A stretch of 64,000 nucleotides of DNA. It comes from a virus. Below, piece after piece: positions 18,813 through 28,700 of this stretch (position 1 is the stretch's first letter; each line of letters starts with the position of its first letter). The position numbers and the translations under genes were made by a program. The stretch covers positions 1 to 64,000 of IMG/VR virus record IMGVR_UViG_3300037504_000682, one strand, 5' to 3'. The notes under the pieces were generated by a model. It was not told the origin of the DNA, searched no databases, and was given only the letters and a program-made list of their open reading frames with translations.

Positions 18813-19222
18813 TGGCCACGCCTGTCGCCGCCCTTGAGGAAGCTCTTTATACCACGCTATCTGCCACCAGCGCCCTAACAACGGAGCTGGGGGGGACGGC
18901 GATTTACAACAAACGAGCCCCGCAGCCGGCCCCGGACAAATACGTTATATTCCAGTGGCAGGGCGGAGGTGACCTGAACGAGTCGCCCACCCGGATGAGA
19001 AATCCGATCTACACCGTGCGGGGGGTTGCACCCACCCAGGCCGGAGCCAGTGCCATAGATGACGAGATTGACGCGGCGCTGCATAATCAGGAATTAACCG
19101 TCACCGGCTGGACCAACATCTGGATGGCCCGGGAGGATGACGTAAATTTTGTTGAGTACGACGCCAGCGGGGTGGCTCACTACAACGTCGGCGGGCAGTA
19201 CAGAATAATCATAGATAGCTAG
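18812..19222 (+). CDS. Tail completion/terminator protein (DUF3168-like)
   Basis: Position and size; IYNKRAP...YVIF. Confidence 0.7.
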   Translation: MATPVAALEEALYTTLSATSALTTELGGTAIYNKRAPQPAPDKYVIFQWQGGGDLNESPTRMRNPIYTVRGVAPTQAGASAIDDEIDAALHNQELTVTGWTNIWMAREDDVNFVEYDASGVAHYNVGGQYRIIIDS

Positions 19223-19230
19223 GAGCGAAT

Positions 19231-19632
19231 ATGACCGCCTATACCGGCAAAAATCTATACCTACTCTGGAACGGCACGTCTATCGAAAGCGATTACCGCA
19301 GCTTTGACCCCACCGAGGAGATGGGCACCGATGACGCCAGCGCCGGCAGCGATGCCGCCGTAACTCGCAAAACCACCCTCAAGGACGGAAACGCCAGCCT
19401 GACGATGCGATCTATTTCTGGCACCGCCGGGACCGCTCTGTGGGCTACTACAATGGCGGTGGGTACTGAGGGCACCCTGGAATGGGGCCCAGAGGGGACA
19501 GCCACCGGAGAGAAGCGGGCCTACGTCAACGCCATTCTGACCAGCCGCAGCGAGTCAAATGCCTACGCCAACGTAGTTGAGTGGACGTTTGATTGGGAAT
19601 ACTCTGGAGAAGTCACCTATACCACATATTAG
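19231..19632 (+). CDS. Major tail tube protein
   Basis: TTLKDGNAS, LEWGPEG; position. Confidence 0.75.
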   Translation: MTAYTGKNLYLLWNGTSIESDYRSFDPTEEMGTDDASAGSDAAVTRKTTLKDGNASLTMRSISGTAGTALWATTMAVGTEGTLEWGPEGTATGEKRAYVNAILTSRSESNAYANVVEWTFDWEYSGEVTYTTY

Positions 19633-19652
19633 AATTATTGACGGGGGGATAA

Positions 19653-20149
19653 ATGGCAGAAGATATTAAGGTTGATTTGAACCAAATCACCCGCCGGGAG
19701 TTTAGAAAGTTTCTGGCAGACCTGGACAGCGCCAAAGACGGCTTTGAGCGGGATGACCTGACCGGGGCGCTTATTGAAAAGGTGGTTGTGTCCTGGCCTT
19801 TTGATGAGGAAATTACCAAGGATGGCTACCTGTCGCTGGGCCTGGCTGACAGCAACCGGGTTGACGCCTTGTTGACTGACGCCCTAAACGGGGTTGGCAA
19901 AAAAAAATAGGTGAGGTTATCTATCTCTCTGGTAAATATAACGAACCACTTAACGTGGTGGCAAGCCGGGAGGGCGTGGGATTAGATGTTGAGGACTTAT
20001 ACTATCGGGCCAAAATCGCAATGATAACGGGCTGGGAATATGAGTATATTGATACCCTGGGCGCGGTTGATGTAGAGGCAATTATGCAGGTTTACGAGGC
20101 CGAGCAGAAAATGGCAAAGCCAAAACCGAAGGCTAAAAAATGGCGGTAA
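19653..20149 (+). CDS. Tail assembly chaperone (19653-19910) with -1 frameshift extension to 20149
   Basis: A9 run at 19899-19907 before TAG; the -1 frame is open into the 19955-20149 ORF. Confidence 0.8.
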
Positions 20150-21807
20150 CAGTTGCATCGCTTATGGCGGTGCTAGACATTGATAAAAAGAAATTTGAGA
20201 AGGGCTTAAAGGACGCTCAGGGGCGGCTCAATAAAGTTGGCGATGCCCTCAAAGGTGGCTTGCTTGTTGCCGGTGGCGCTGCGGCTGCTGGTCTGGCCGC
20301 AGCCGGAACCGCCGCAGTGAATTTTGAGAACGACCTACAAAAAGCGACGTCTAACCTGGCCACCAACCTGGGGATTAGTGCGGATGAGGCCGCGCAATTT
20401 GAGGATACATTAACAGGGATTTTTGCAACGCGCCCCGGCCGGTCGCTGGAGGAAATAGCCGAGGCCGTTGGGTTGATAGACAAATCAATTGAAGGGCTGG
20501 ACCAAAAACAACTTGAAGCCCTGGCCGGGGGGGCGCTTGATATCGAGCGCCAATTCGGAAAGGACCTTAATGAAACCGTCGACGCCGCCGCCGTGCTTAT
20601 GGATGAATTTGGGCTGAGCGGACAAGAAGCCTTGAACTTTATCGAGAAGGGCCTAACCGAGGGGTTGGACCGCTCTGGCGATTTCCTGGACAGCGTAAGG
20701 GAGTACGGTAATCTGTTTGGTGAGGCGGAGGCCGACGCGGGAGAGTTTTTTAGCATCCTGGAGAGCGGGGCTCAAGGCGGGGTGTTGGGCACCGACAAAG
20801 TAGCCGATGCTTTCAAGGAGTTTCAGATACGTGCCCTGGAAGGTAGCGACGCTGTATATGGTGCCTTTGAGGATATGGGGCTTAGTTGGGATCAATTCGC
20901 CCAGGGCCTCAGCGATGGTTCATTGAACGCCACAGATGCCTTTGCTACTATCATTGACCGGCTGAACCAGATTGAAGACCCGATTGAGCGCCAGCGCCTT
21001 GGAGTGGCCCTGATGGGCACCCAGTTTGAAGATTTGGGGCAAACGGCGGCTGGCGAACTAAGCACGGTGTCCACCAGCCTTGGGGACATACAAGACCTTA
21101 ATAGCACGCTTGGGGAGCAGTACGACACCCTGGGTGGTAAATTTGGGCAGTTGAAAAATCAGGCCCTTGTTGGACTGGCCCCGGTTGGTGAGATAATCGC
21201 CAGCGGGCTAACTGATTTTATCGAGGGGGCTATACCCATTGTTCAGGAGTTCGCCGCATCTTTTAGCGAAAACCTTGGGCCAGCCACGATGGTTATCAAT
21301 GACGCCCTGACCAGGATGGGGCAGGCCCTGGGGATTACCAACGAAAAGGTAACCGGGATGGATGTTATTTTGTCTATCCTTAAAGGTACTCTGGATGCTA
21401 TTGTTATCGGTGTGCAGGCCACTGCCGTTGTTATGAGCTTATTGGCCGATTCGGTTGAGTGGGTCACCCAAACAATTAACGAGGGTGTAGCTGGCTGGCA
21501 AAAATTCGGGGACAGCCTGGGGGCGCTAAAGGACAAAGCACCCGACTGGATTATACCAGGCTCGCCGACCCCATTCGAGCGGGGGATTAGGGGGATAACA
21601 AGCGCAATGAAGGCGCTCCCGGATATGGATGGCGCCCTATCTCTTAGTGGCGGTACGCCTATTGCTTCTGCTGCCGGCGGGGCCAGTAGCACAATCAATA
21701 TTGATATGGGTGGTCAAAGCCTGTCATTCTCTAATGATGACCAAGGGATTAATCAGGCGATGATCGCGATTGTCCAAATGCTACGCTCACAAATATCTAA
21801 CCAGTGA
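20140..21807 (+). CDS. Tape measure protein (short, 555 aa)
   Basis: Helical; TDKVADAFKEF and GTQFEDLG PhageMin_Tail-like motifs. Confidence 0.9.
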   Translation: MAVTVASLMAVLDIDKKKFEKGLKDAQGRLNKVGDALKGGLLVAGGAAAAGLAAAGTAAVNFENDLQKATSNLATNLGISADEAAQFEDTLTGIFATRPGRSLEEIAEAVGLIDKSIEGLDQKQLEALAGGALDIERQFGKDLNETVDAAAVLMDEFGLSGQEALNFIEKGLTEGLDRSGDFLDSVREYGNLFGEAEADAGEFFSILESGAQGGVLGTDKVADAFKEFQIRALEGSDAVYGAFEDMGLSWDQFAQGLSDGSLNATDAFATIIDRLNQIEDPIERQRLGVALMGTQFEDLGQTAAGELSTVSTSLGDIQDLNSTLGEQYDTLGGKFGQLKNQALVGLAPVGEIIASGLTDFIEGAIPIVQEFAASFSENLGPATMVINDALTRMGQALGITNEKVTGMDVILSILKGTLDAIVIGVQATAVVMSLLADSVEWVTQTINEGVAGWQKFGDSLGALKDKAPDWIIPGSPTPFERGIRGITSAMKALPDMDGALSLSGGTPIASAAGGASSTINIDMGGQSLSFSNDDQGINQAMIAIVQMLRSQISNQ

Positions 21808-21882
21808 GATCAAGGTGCACGCGCCACAGGCTAAAAGTAGCACTGCGGCATAGATGACTAAATTCTTACCGGCTTTAAACAT
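21787..21882 (-). CDS. 31-aa hydrophobic peptide with lipobox-like LLAC
   Basis: MFKAGKNLVIYAAVLLLACGACTLISLVRYL; SD AGGAGG; TGnTATAAT at 21900-21908. Confidence 0.6.
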   Translation of the reverse strand: MFKAGKNLVIYAAVLLLACGACTLISLVRYL

Positions 21883-21912
21883 TTTACCCTCCTGAGACCA
21901 TTATAACACAAA

Positions 21913-22263
21913 ATGACCGTAACTGTACAGATAAACGGAACCACATTAAACCCGCAGCCTTCCGAGACTGCCTGGGAGGAGAGCGTGACCGGCGGCAAGC
22001 TCGACGGCACGGACGCCCTGGGCGCTTACAGCGTGCTTACCCTGCGGGCTCCGGTAGAGAGCGGAGGCACGGCGAATTGGAACTGGTCGGACTTTGAAAA
22101 CCAGGTACTTACCTCTATCACCGTGCCAGACCGCCTTGAAACGATGCGCGGCACCGGCACCACCTACAGCAGCGGGGTTGTCTCCAAGAAAATCACCAAG
22201 ACAAACGCCCCGCCGGGTGGCCTGGTACGGGGGGTAGAGATGCGGGTACTGGTGGTGACATAA
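21913..22263 (+). CDS. Distal tail-like protein
   Basis: Follows tape measure. Confidence 0.55.
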   Translation: MTVTVQINGTTLNPQPSETAWEESVTGGKLDGTDALGAYSVLTLRAPVESGGTANWNWSDFENQVLTSITVPDRLETMRGTGTTYSSGVVSKKITKTNAPPGGLVRGVEMRVLVVT

Positions 22264-23123
22264 TGCCCACCACGCCATTTAGTGATGACCTGGTCGACAA
22301 GCTCAAGGGCGCTACAGCCTGGCGTTTTGACAGCAAGCTCGGCCCCGTGTTTACGCCCCGGTTTTTTTGCTGCACTGACCCAAACGCCCTTGGTATCTCT
22401 GACGGCAAGGAGCCGGTGGCCATTATCCAGCTCTCCCCCAGCCCGGCCTTTACTAATGAAACCGTAGACTACGACGGCACCCTGAGTTATGATCCCGATG
22501 GCTCCATCACCGGCTACGCCTGGACATTTGAGAGCCACACCCCCACCAGCGGAACCGCAAACAGCGGCACCCTCAACTATAGCACGTCTGGCACCTACAC
22601 CATAGAGTTGGTCGTCACCGACGGGACCGGCTTAAAAAGTTCCCCGGCCCGGACCGAACTCGTGGTGGTCGACCCGGCCTTTATGGGATACGTTGCCACC
22701 AGCAGCGGAGTATTTTACAGCGACGGTACCAACCCGGTCACCTGGATCGACAAAAACAGCGGGCTAAGCGGTGATGACCTGGTGGCCAACTGGGTGGCAA
22801 TCGACCCGGCAACACAAACACTGCCGGAGGCCAGCAAAACCGTTTGGCGCTCGACCGACGGCGGCATCCAGGTGTCCAACGACGGTGGGGCGAGCTGGAC
22901 AGAAAAAAACCCCTCAACTATCCCCAACGACCAAGGGGACAGCCCGGCCCCCACCGTATCAGACGTTTCATTCCAACAACTCCATTTTGTGGGTGACAGG
23001 TTGTTCGTGATTGGCACCTGGGCCAACGGCAGTGGGGACGAGCGGTCCGCCATATTTTATACCGATAATGCGCCGGATGTACGAAGCGACACCAGCGCAA
23101 CGGTGACCTGGAGTAACGTGTAA
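22263..23123 (+). CDS. PKD-domain tail protein with Asp-box
   Basis: SYDPDGSITGYAWTF...GTYTIELVVTD; SNDGGASW. Confidence 0.8.
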   Translation: MPTTPFSDDLVDKLKGATAWRFDSKLGPVFTPRFFCCTDPNALGISDGKEPVAIIQLSPSPAFTNETVDYDGTLSYDPDGSITGYAWTFESHTPTSGTANSGTLNYSTSGTYTIELVVTDGTGLKSSPARTELVVVDPAFMGYVATSSGVFYSDGTNPVTWIDKNSGLSGDDLVANWVAIDPATQTLPEASKTVWRSTDGGIQVSNDGGASWTEKNPSTIPNDQGDSPAPTVSDVSFQQLHFVGDRLFVIGTWANGSGDERSAIFYTDNAPDVRSDTSATVTWSNV

Positions 23124-24817
23124 TGGCACTTGCCGCAAATGCACCAGTCCAAGTTGATGGCAACGTCTGCCAGCCGTTTGCTATCACCGAGGTTGATACC
23201 GGCATAGGTATCGCAGCCTATCGTGATGTAGACAGCAATCAGACTGAGGCTCGGGTGATTGACATTACCGGCGGCTCCATCTCGGTTGGGGCGCAAACCG
23301 TCTACAACGGCACGCCGGACGGAGAGCCGGACATCGACAAGCTGGAAACGGACAAGGCGTTTAGCTCTGTCTGGGAGGGGGGTGCTAGCGGATACGTTAA
23401 AGGGATGGTCCTTACTCGCTCCAGCTCAACCGTCAGCAGTGGCACCTTATCCAGCGCTGCCGATACGGGCGACGTTAACGCCGCTGCCTGCTGCGTTGCC
23501 ACCAGTTCTAAGGCGCTGGTGGCCTGGGACAATTCAACCGGCGGGGCTCAGATGGCCCATTTTAGTATTAGCGGTACAACCGCAACCCCCGGCACGGCTC
23601 AATCTATTTCAACACGCATCAGGCCAGTGTCAGCCTGTAGGCTGACCTCAACTTACAGCATAGTTTTTGGTCGGCGTTTTACCGCCACCGGGGCAGACCG
23701 CGCCCGTTTCATCCTGGTTGACACCAGCGGCACCAACCCCAGCTCATCGGATGAGGTGGACGACTTGAGCGGAAACCTGATGGCCGGCGACCAGGGGGAC
23801 ATTGCCCGGCTGGATGACAATACCGCCATTGCCACCTGGGAGGATGACACCACCTCTCCGGGTGATACTTACGCCGTGATTATTACCCGCTCCGGCTCAA
23901 CCATCTCGGTCGGCACCCCGCAACTTGTCAACTCAAACGGCGGGCAGGTTGCCATCGTGGCCCCGAATGCCACAGAGGCCGTCCATTTTGACGGCTCCGG
24001 CACCAAAGACGGCACCGCTACCAAGCTAACTATCTCAGGCACAACCATCACCGTCACGGCCGACACGGTTGAATTTGGCACTACGGCCAGCGTTGACACG
24101 CCCGGCGCGGCTATCCTATCTGACACCAAGCCGGTCATCTGCTACTACAACGCCACCGACGGCCGGGCGGTGCTGCTTACCGGGGCTCCTTCATCTGGCG
24201 CGTCCACCTACGAAATCCGCCACCTCGGCCTGGCCAGCGACAGTGAAAACCTCTACGTCACCGGCAATGAGAGCGGGACGCTGACCACCTGGGTCTATGA
24301 CCTGTCCACCCTGACCGAGCAAACCAGCTACACCCACGGAGCGGCAACCTACGCCGAGCTGGACAACCGGACCTATGGTGTATTTCCGGCAGCCAGGCCG
24401 GGCTCTGACAACATACTTTACATTTACGGCCGGGACGGCAACGACAAGCAAGTGCAATACCTGGACCGCAATGGAACCCTGGGAGTTCAGGACGTGGGGC
24501 CGGGGACGGCGACCTGGGGAACCGCCAAATACGCCAACGCCTTAATGGCCGACCCCCTCACCCCCAATGACGTGATCGTGTCCTTTGACGACGATGACCT
24601 GTACCGAACCACGGACGCTACCGCCAACTGGGTTAAAATGGGCGACGCCACCAGCGGGCTTAGGACTTCCCAGCGCTTCCCGACCGACAGCAACGAGATT
24701 ATTTTAGGCGGCACGGCCGCCGGTACGGCTCACTATACGCCTAATTTTGGCGTCAGCTACGGCGACGTAAGCGGTACGTCGCTGGGCACGATTAACTGGT
24801 TTGAGGTGAGCCGATAA
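23123..24817 (+). CDS. Beta-propeller-like tail/receptor-binding protein
   Basis: Repeated ISGTTI units; TTDATANW and TPNFGVSY Asp-box-like. Confidence 0.6.
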   Translation: MALAANAPVQVDGNVCQPFAITEVDTGIGIAAYRDVDSNQTEARVIDITGGSISVGAQTVYNGTPDGEPDIDKLETDKAFSSVWEGGASGYVKGMVLTRSSSTVSSGTLSSAADTGDVNAAACCVATSSKALVAWDNSTGGAQMAHFSISGTTATPGTAQSISTRIRPVSACRLTSTYSIVFGRRFTATGADRARFILVDTSGTNPSSSDEVDDLSGNLMAGDQGDIARLDDNTAIATWEDDTTSPGDTYAVIITRSGSTISVGTPQLVNSNGGQVAIVAPNATEAVHFDGSGTKDGTATKLTISGTTITVTADTVEFGTTASVDTPGAAILSDTKPVICYYNATDGRAVLLTGAPSSGASTYEIRHLGLASDSENLYVTGNESGTLTTWVYDLSTLTEQTSYTHGAATYAELDNRTYGVFPAARPGSDNILYIYGRDGNDKQVQYLDRNGTLGVQDVGPGTATWGTAKYANALMADPLTPNDVIVSFDDDDLYRTTDATANWVKMGDATSGLRTSQRFPTDSNEIILGGTAAGTAHYTPNFGVSYGDVSGTSLGTINWFEVSR

Positions 24818-25857
24818 TGGCCAGCGTCGATGTCTTAGGTCGCATCGAGGGGAGCCTGCAAGATGGGGGCTGGAAGGCCAGCGGGAACGTGTTTGGGGAT
24901 GCCGACCGGCTGAACTTCTACCAGGAGATCATCGCCTGGTTCGATTTTTACGGCGATGGATGGGAGGGCCAGCCCCGCCCGGCCTTTAGTGGCCACCTGC
25001 TGCCTGACCCCTGGGCCAAAACCTTCCAGGATAGCGACGCCCCATTCTCTGCCTTCACCGCTCAGGAATTTATGAAGCGCGGGCGGGTGCAGGGTATCTA
25101 TTTCAAGGATGACAGTACACCAGCCAACGACCACCAAATAAACGGGATGCAACTGGCTGACATCGTGGAGCATATTCTGGGCAAAAGCGGAGAGTATGGC
25201 CATTGCAATCTGGTCGATGGCGTATGGCCGGAGGGGTTTTTGGAGCTGGACATTGACGCCACCAACAGTACCACGGTGGCAGAGTACGAGGTCAAAGAGG
25301 GCAACTTCTGGAGCCGACTTAAAGAAATTGCGGACATCGAGTTTTACCTACTCTACGTCGATAAAACGAATACGCTTCATTATATACCGCATCCGATGTT
25401 TGACGCCTCGCTGCCGGACCCGGTACTGACCATCACCAGCGACCTGCTACTTGAGCCGCTTGATTTTGACCGGCGGCACACGGAGCAGATAGGGCAGGTT
25501 AAGTTACAGGGAACGACGCCGGCCGGCCTTCAAATCAGCGGCAAGTATCCGACCGACGCCAACCCCGGGCCGGTTATGCAGCGGGCCGGGTATCTGGCCA
25601 CCAGTAACGCGCTAATGAACACCATTGCCGAGCGGATGTATAAATTTGAGGCCCGTGATTATACCATCACCGCTCAGCTATCCGGGGCGGTGGGGCTGAT
25701 GCTTGACATTTTAGACCGGGTAGCCGTCACCTATACCAGTAGCGGAGACGGGATCACCTGGAGCAGTAAAAAATTTTGGATAAGCAAAGTCGTTGTAGAA
25801 ATTATGGAAAATTTCACCGCTCGCACCACGTTAACAATGGATGCCGAAAATGCCTAA
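24817..25857 (+). CDS. Tail tip/hub protein
   Basis: Position and size. Confidence 0.55.
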   Translation: MASVDVLGRIEGSLQDGGWKASGNVFGDADRLNFYQEIIAWFDFYGDGWEGQPRPAFSGHLLPDPWAKTFQDSDAPFSAFTAQEFMKRGRVQGIYFKDDSTPANDHQINGMQLADIVEHILGKSGEYGHCNLVDGVWPEGFLELDIDATNSTTVAEYEVKEGNFWSRLKEIADIEFYLLYVDKTNTLHYIPHPMFDASLPDPVLTITSDLLLEPLDFDRRHTEQIGQVKLQGTTPAGLQISGKYPTDANPGPVMQRAGYLATSNALMNTIAERMYKFEARDYTITAQLSGAVGLMLDILDRVAVTYTSSGDGITWSSKKFWISKVVVEIMENFTARTTLTMDAENA

Positions 25858-27106
25858 CGGATTATCACCGGACCTGATGCAAGAGATCATCGGCCTGGCT
25901 CGGGAGATGGGCAATAAATTTGCCCAGTCTGAATTTATCCCAGGCTGTGAGGTCAAGGACGTATCCGATAAGAACCAGTACGACACAGACAACGGTTGGA
26001 TTGAGGCCATCGTTGGCCAGCACAACCAGCAGCGGTGCCGCTGGAAGGGGCAATACCCCAACGTCTCCGTTGGTGATTTTGTTGACGTGCTTTATTTCCC
26101 GACCAGACGGCTATTTGAGGTTTGGCGGCAAGGGGGGAGCGGCTCACTGGTAACATCAAACACGCTCAACAACTTCACCGCCACCACCGACCCTGGCACC
26201 GGTGACGACGAAAACGACGGCTACAGCGACGGCTCTGTTTGGCTCAACACCTCAACCGACACGGTTTTCCGCTGCGCCGACGCATCAGCCGGGGCTGCCG
26301 TCTGGCGGGAGCTGATTGACGCCAACTCAGATGCGACTTTTGACGCCGGGGTGACGGTCTCGACCGACAACCTTGACAGCGTATCATCTGGCGGCATTGC
26401 GGTGGCTGATGACCTGGAGCTGGCTGATGGAAAAGACATATTCCCGGACGGTCAGCAATTTGGGCTATGGAACCGCAACGTAAATTATGGCGTTAGTCCA
26501 GATGAGCGGTGGACCAACAACTCAGATGATATATCCTGGGCCGGCTGGGCCAGCTATACCGGATTTGGTACACCATCCATAATTAGCACCACCAACAATA
26601 TCTATCGTGTCGCCAACGCCGGAGCCACCAAGGCATTTCGGTATAGAGCGGCCTCGACCGGGGCTCATATATTTTTGCGGTGCCGGGTGTCGATTACCTA
26701 CGTCGTATCCGCCGGTCTAATGATAGATGACGGTGTAGACGCTGGCGACGGCAACGGAGCCAACAATTTCTACCGTGCCTACATCACTCAATCGACGCTG
26801 GCAGGCCCGGTGAATTTGGTGGAACAGTATCGCACCGGTGGCGGCTCTGTAACCACGAATACCTCTACCGGCACGGTTGCGCTTGGCACATTCATCGGAC
26901 TTAGAATAAATACCGACGGGACCAGATGGACAAGTTGGTCTTTGCGCCCTAATTATTTCGGCGAAGCAGGCGAGGCTGTTCAATTTACCAGTGGCGTTGG
27001 GGCGCAAACCTGGACACCGGCCCGAGTGGGGCTATATTGGGTCGGGACTGCTGTGGATGGCAACCGCAAAGGCTTGTGGGACTGGTACGATGAGGCAACG
27101 AGTTAA
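25841..27106 (+). CDS. Tail fibre/spike protein
   Basis: TTDPGTGDDENDGYSDGSVWLNT fibre motif; lectin-like C-terminus. Confidence 0.7.
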   Translation: MPKMPNGLSPDLMQEIIGLAREMGNKFAQSEFIPGCEVKDVSDKNQYDTDNGWIEAIVGQHNQQRCRWKGQYPNVSVGDFVDVLYFPTRRLFEVWRQGGSGSLVTSNTLNNFTATTDPGTGDDENDGYSDGSVWLNTSTDTVFRCADASAGAAVWRELIDANSDATFDAGVTVSTDNLDSVSSGGIAVADDLELADGKDIFPDGQQFGLWNRNVNYGVSPDERWTNNSDDISWAGWASYTGFGTPSIISTTNNIYRVANAGATKAFRYRAASTGAHIFLRCRVSITYVVSAGLMIDDGVDAGDGNGANNFYRAYITQSTLAGPVNLVEQYRTGGGSVTTNTSTGTVALGTFIGLRINTDGTRWTSWSLRPNYFGEAGEAVQFTSGVGAQTWTPARVGLYWVGTAVDGNRKGLWDWYDEATS

Positions 27107-27570
27107 TGAAAGCCGAAATAAACGGTCTGATAATAGAGAATGATGATCCAGCCGGATTTGCAGCGGCATTTATTCAGGCGCATTATGAGCCCGACCTCGC
27201 CACCGTCCGCTCCTGGGCACTGACCACCGTCCGGCAACTGGCAGCCGAGCGCGAAAACCAGCTCGACGCGCTGGTAGCCGGCAGTCGGACGCGGGCCATT
27301 ATGCTCAATACGGAAATTACCAACTACTGGCAGTCTGACCGCCCGGCGGACCCGAACCCAGCTGTCTACGCTATCGCGAACAGTCTGGCTACGCGGCGCG
27401 GGGCGACCCTGCGGGCGACGCTGGAGGGGCTATTCACACGCTGGCAGGCGGTCCGGGATCGGATTGTGACCATCACCACCGAGCTGGACCGGCTAGAGGA
27501 GGAGATAGCGGCGGCCTCGACGGTAACCGACATCGAGGCCGCGATGGCGGGGATCGACTGGGGGGCGTAG
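27106..27570 (+). CDS. Tail fibre assembly-like protein
   Basis: C-terminal IAAASTVTDIEAAMAGIDW resembles DUF4376. Confidence 0.55.
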   Translation: MKAEINGLIIENDDPAGFAAAFIQAHYEPDLATVRSWALTTVRQLAAERENQLDALVAGSRTRAIMLNTEITNYWQSDRPADPNPAVYAIANSLATRRGATLRATLEGLFTRWQAVRDRIVTITTELDRLEEEIAAASTVTDIEAAMAGIDWGA

Positions 27571-27601
27571 GCAACAAAAAAGCCCCGGCGAGCCGGGGCT
27601 T
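27571..27601 (-). terminator. Terminator, copy 1 of direct repeat
   Basis: GCAACAAAAAAGCCCCGG-cga-GCCGGGGCTT. Confidence 0.8.
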
Positions 27602-27616
27602 GTGGGGGGGGGCTGG

Positions 27617-27889
27617 CTATTCGACCTCCACCAGCCAATCGAACTCGGACCAGACCTCGTGTAAAATGAGGCCAACCCGCTCGGCCTCATCGCTGTCGGT
27701 ATCGCCGTCGACCGAGTAGCGGCCGTGGCCGGTTGTGATCTCGATCTCGGCGTCGGGGTAATGTTTCCGTAGCTCGGCCTCTAGCATTTGGTCGAATTTG
27801 GCCTCGCTGGCCTCGGTGTCGTAGCCGTCCGCGCCCTCGGGGCCGTACATCGCGTCCTCTGAATTATCGTATTCGATTTTTATGTGCAT
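27617..27889 (-). CDS. Small acidic protein
   Basis: SD GAGGAG before MHIKIEYD. Confidence 0.6.
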   Translation of the reverse strand: MHIKIEYDNSEDAMYGPEGADGYDTEASEAKFDQMLEAELRKHYPDAEIEITTGHGRYSVDGDTDSDEAERVGLILHEVWSEFDWLVEVE

Positions 27890-28011
27890 TCTGTTTTTCT
27901 CCTCGACTAATTCAATCAATTTGTAAATCAGCGCCTCGGTCGGCTGCCGCTGGCCGGACTCAATCATCGAAACATACGTTTTGACAATGCCTAGCTGGCC
28001 GGCTGGTTGGT

Positions 28012-28245
28012 TTATGCGGCCGGGTCGTTCCGGCCTTTATCTGTCAACTCGTCCGCCGCTTTCAGCTCAGCGGCGATGATTTCCATTAACCTGTCGTTGC
28101 GTACCACCCGCCGGAGGAGGGCTCGCCAGGTGGGCTCGCCAGCCGTCTGGCCGGCGGTGGCTACGGAGCCGGTGGCAGCGGCCAGGTCGTCCAGCCGCTG
28201 CCAATCCTCCGGAGCGAGCGTGGTGCTACGTCGCTCTTGTGGCAT
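28012..28245 (-). CDS. Ribbon-helix-helix-like regulator
   Basis: RRSTTLAPEDWQRLDDLAA...RALLRRVV. Confidence 0.55.
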   Translation of the reverse strand: MPQERRSTTLAPEDWQRLDDLAAATGSVATAGQTAGEPTWRALLRRVVRNDRLMEIIAAELKAADELTDKGRNDPAA

Positions 28246-28249
28246 CGGA

Positions 28250-28471
28250 TTACCTCAATAGGTAGGCGTCAACCAGGTCAGCGGCGGTAATCTCAAAACC
28301 GTCCGGATGATTTCGGTTGAACACGCGGGCCACAATTGTGTCGCCCTTGCCACGATCAACCAGGCTATCCACACTCTCGCCAGCGTTGACCGGCTCCCAC
28401 TTGCCAGACCTGATACCGGCCTGGCGGGCGATTGCTTTGACCTCGGGTGAGGCATTATTCAGGTTAAACAT
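28250..28471 (-). CDS. Hypothetical protein
   Basis: SD AAGGAG directly after promoter. Confidence 0.65.
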   Translation of the reverse strand: MFNLNNASPEVKAIARQAGIRSGKWEPVNAGESVDSLVDRGKGDTIVARVFNRNHPDGFEITAADLVDAYLLR

Positions 28472-28503
28472 TTTTGATCTCCTTGTTTTGTTGGTTGATT
28501 TAA

Positions 28504-28554
28504 TAACTAGCTACTTACAATTCCTATAATATCATACAACTAGCTAGTTGTCAA
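28504..28554 (-). promoter_or_regulatory. Promoter with palindromic operators
   Basis: TTGACA-17-TATTAT; ACAACTAGCTAGTTGT at 28536-28551; TAACTAGCTACTTA at 28504-28517. Confidence 0.8.
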
Positions 28555-28608
28555 GCGATTTACACGGTTTAAAAATCAGTTTTTCAAAATCTGCGTCTTT
28601 TTAAGGTT

Positions 28609-28640
28609 GCAACAAAAAAGCCCCGGTCCGGCCGGGGCTT
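28609..28640 (-). terminator. Terminator, copy 2 of direct repeat
   Basis: GCAACAAAAAAGCCCCGG-tccg-GCCGGGGCTT. Confidence 0.8.
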
Positions 28641-28700
28641 TCCTGGCGGCGTCGACGCTCGCGCCGCAGTCGCAAAACAAACTGTTGGTCATTCAGTTGG

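Larger units (their letters stand above)
1..27570 (+). mobile_element. Phage late/virion module A (siphovirus-like)
   Basis: Co-oriented terS-terL-portal-minor head-scaffold-capsid-neck-tail tube-chaperone-tape measure-tail tip order. Confidence 0.93.

Noticed and set aside
25841-27106. Diversity-generating retroelement acting on the tail fibre
   Set aside because: No reverse transcriptase or template/variable repeat pair seen.
27890-28010. XRE HTH fragment (QLGIVKTYVSMIESGQRQP) in frame with the acidic protein
   Set aside because: No standard start before the helix and no slippery site; most likely a deletion remnant.
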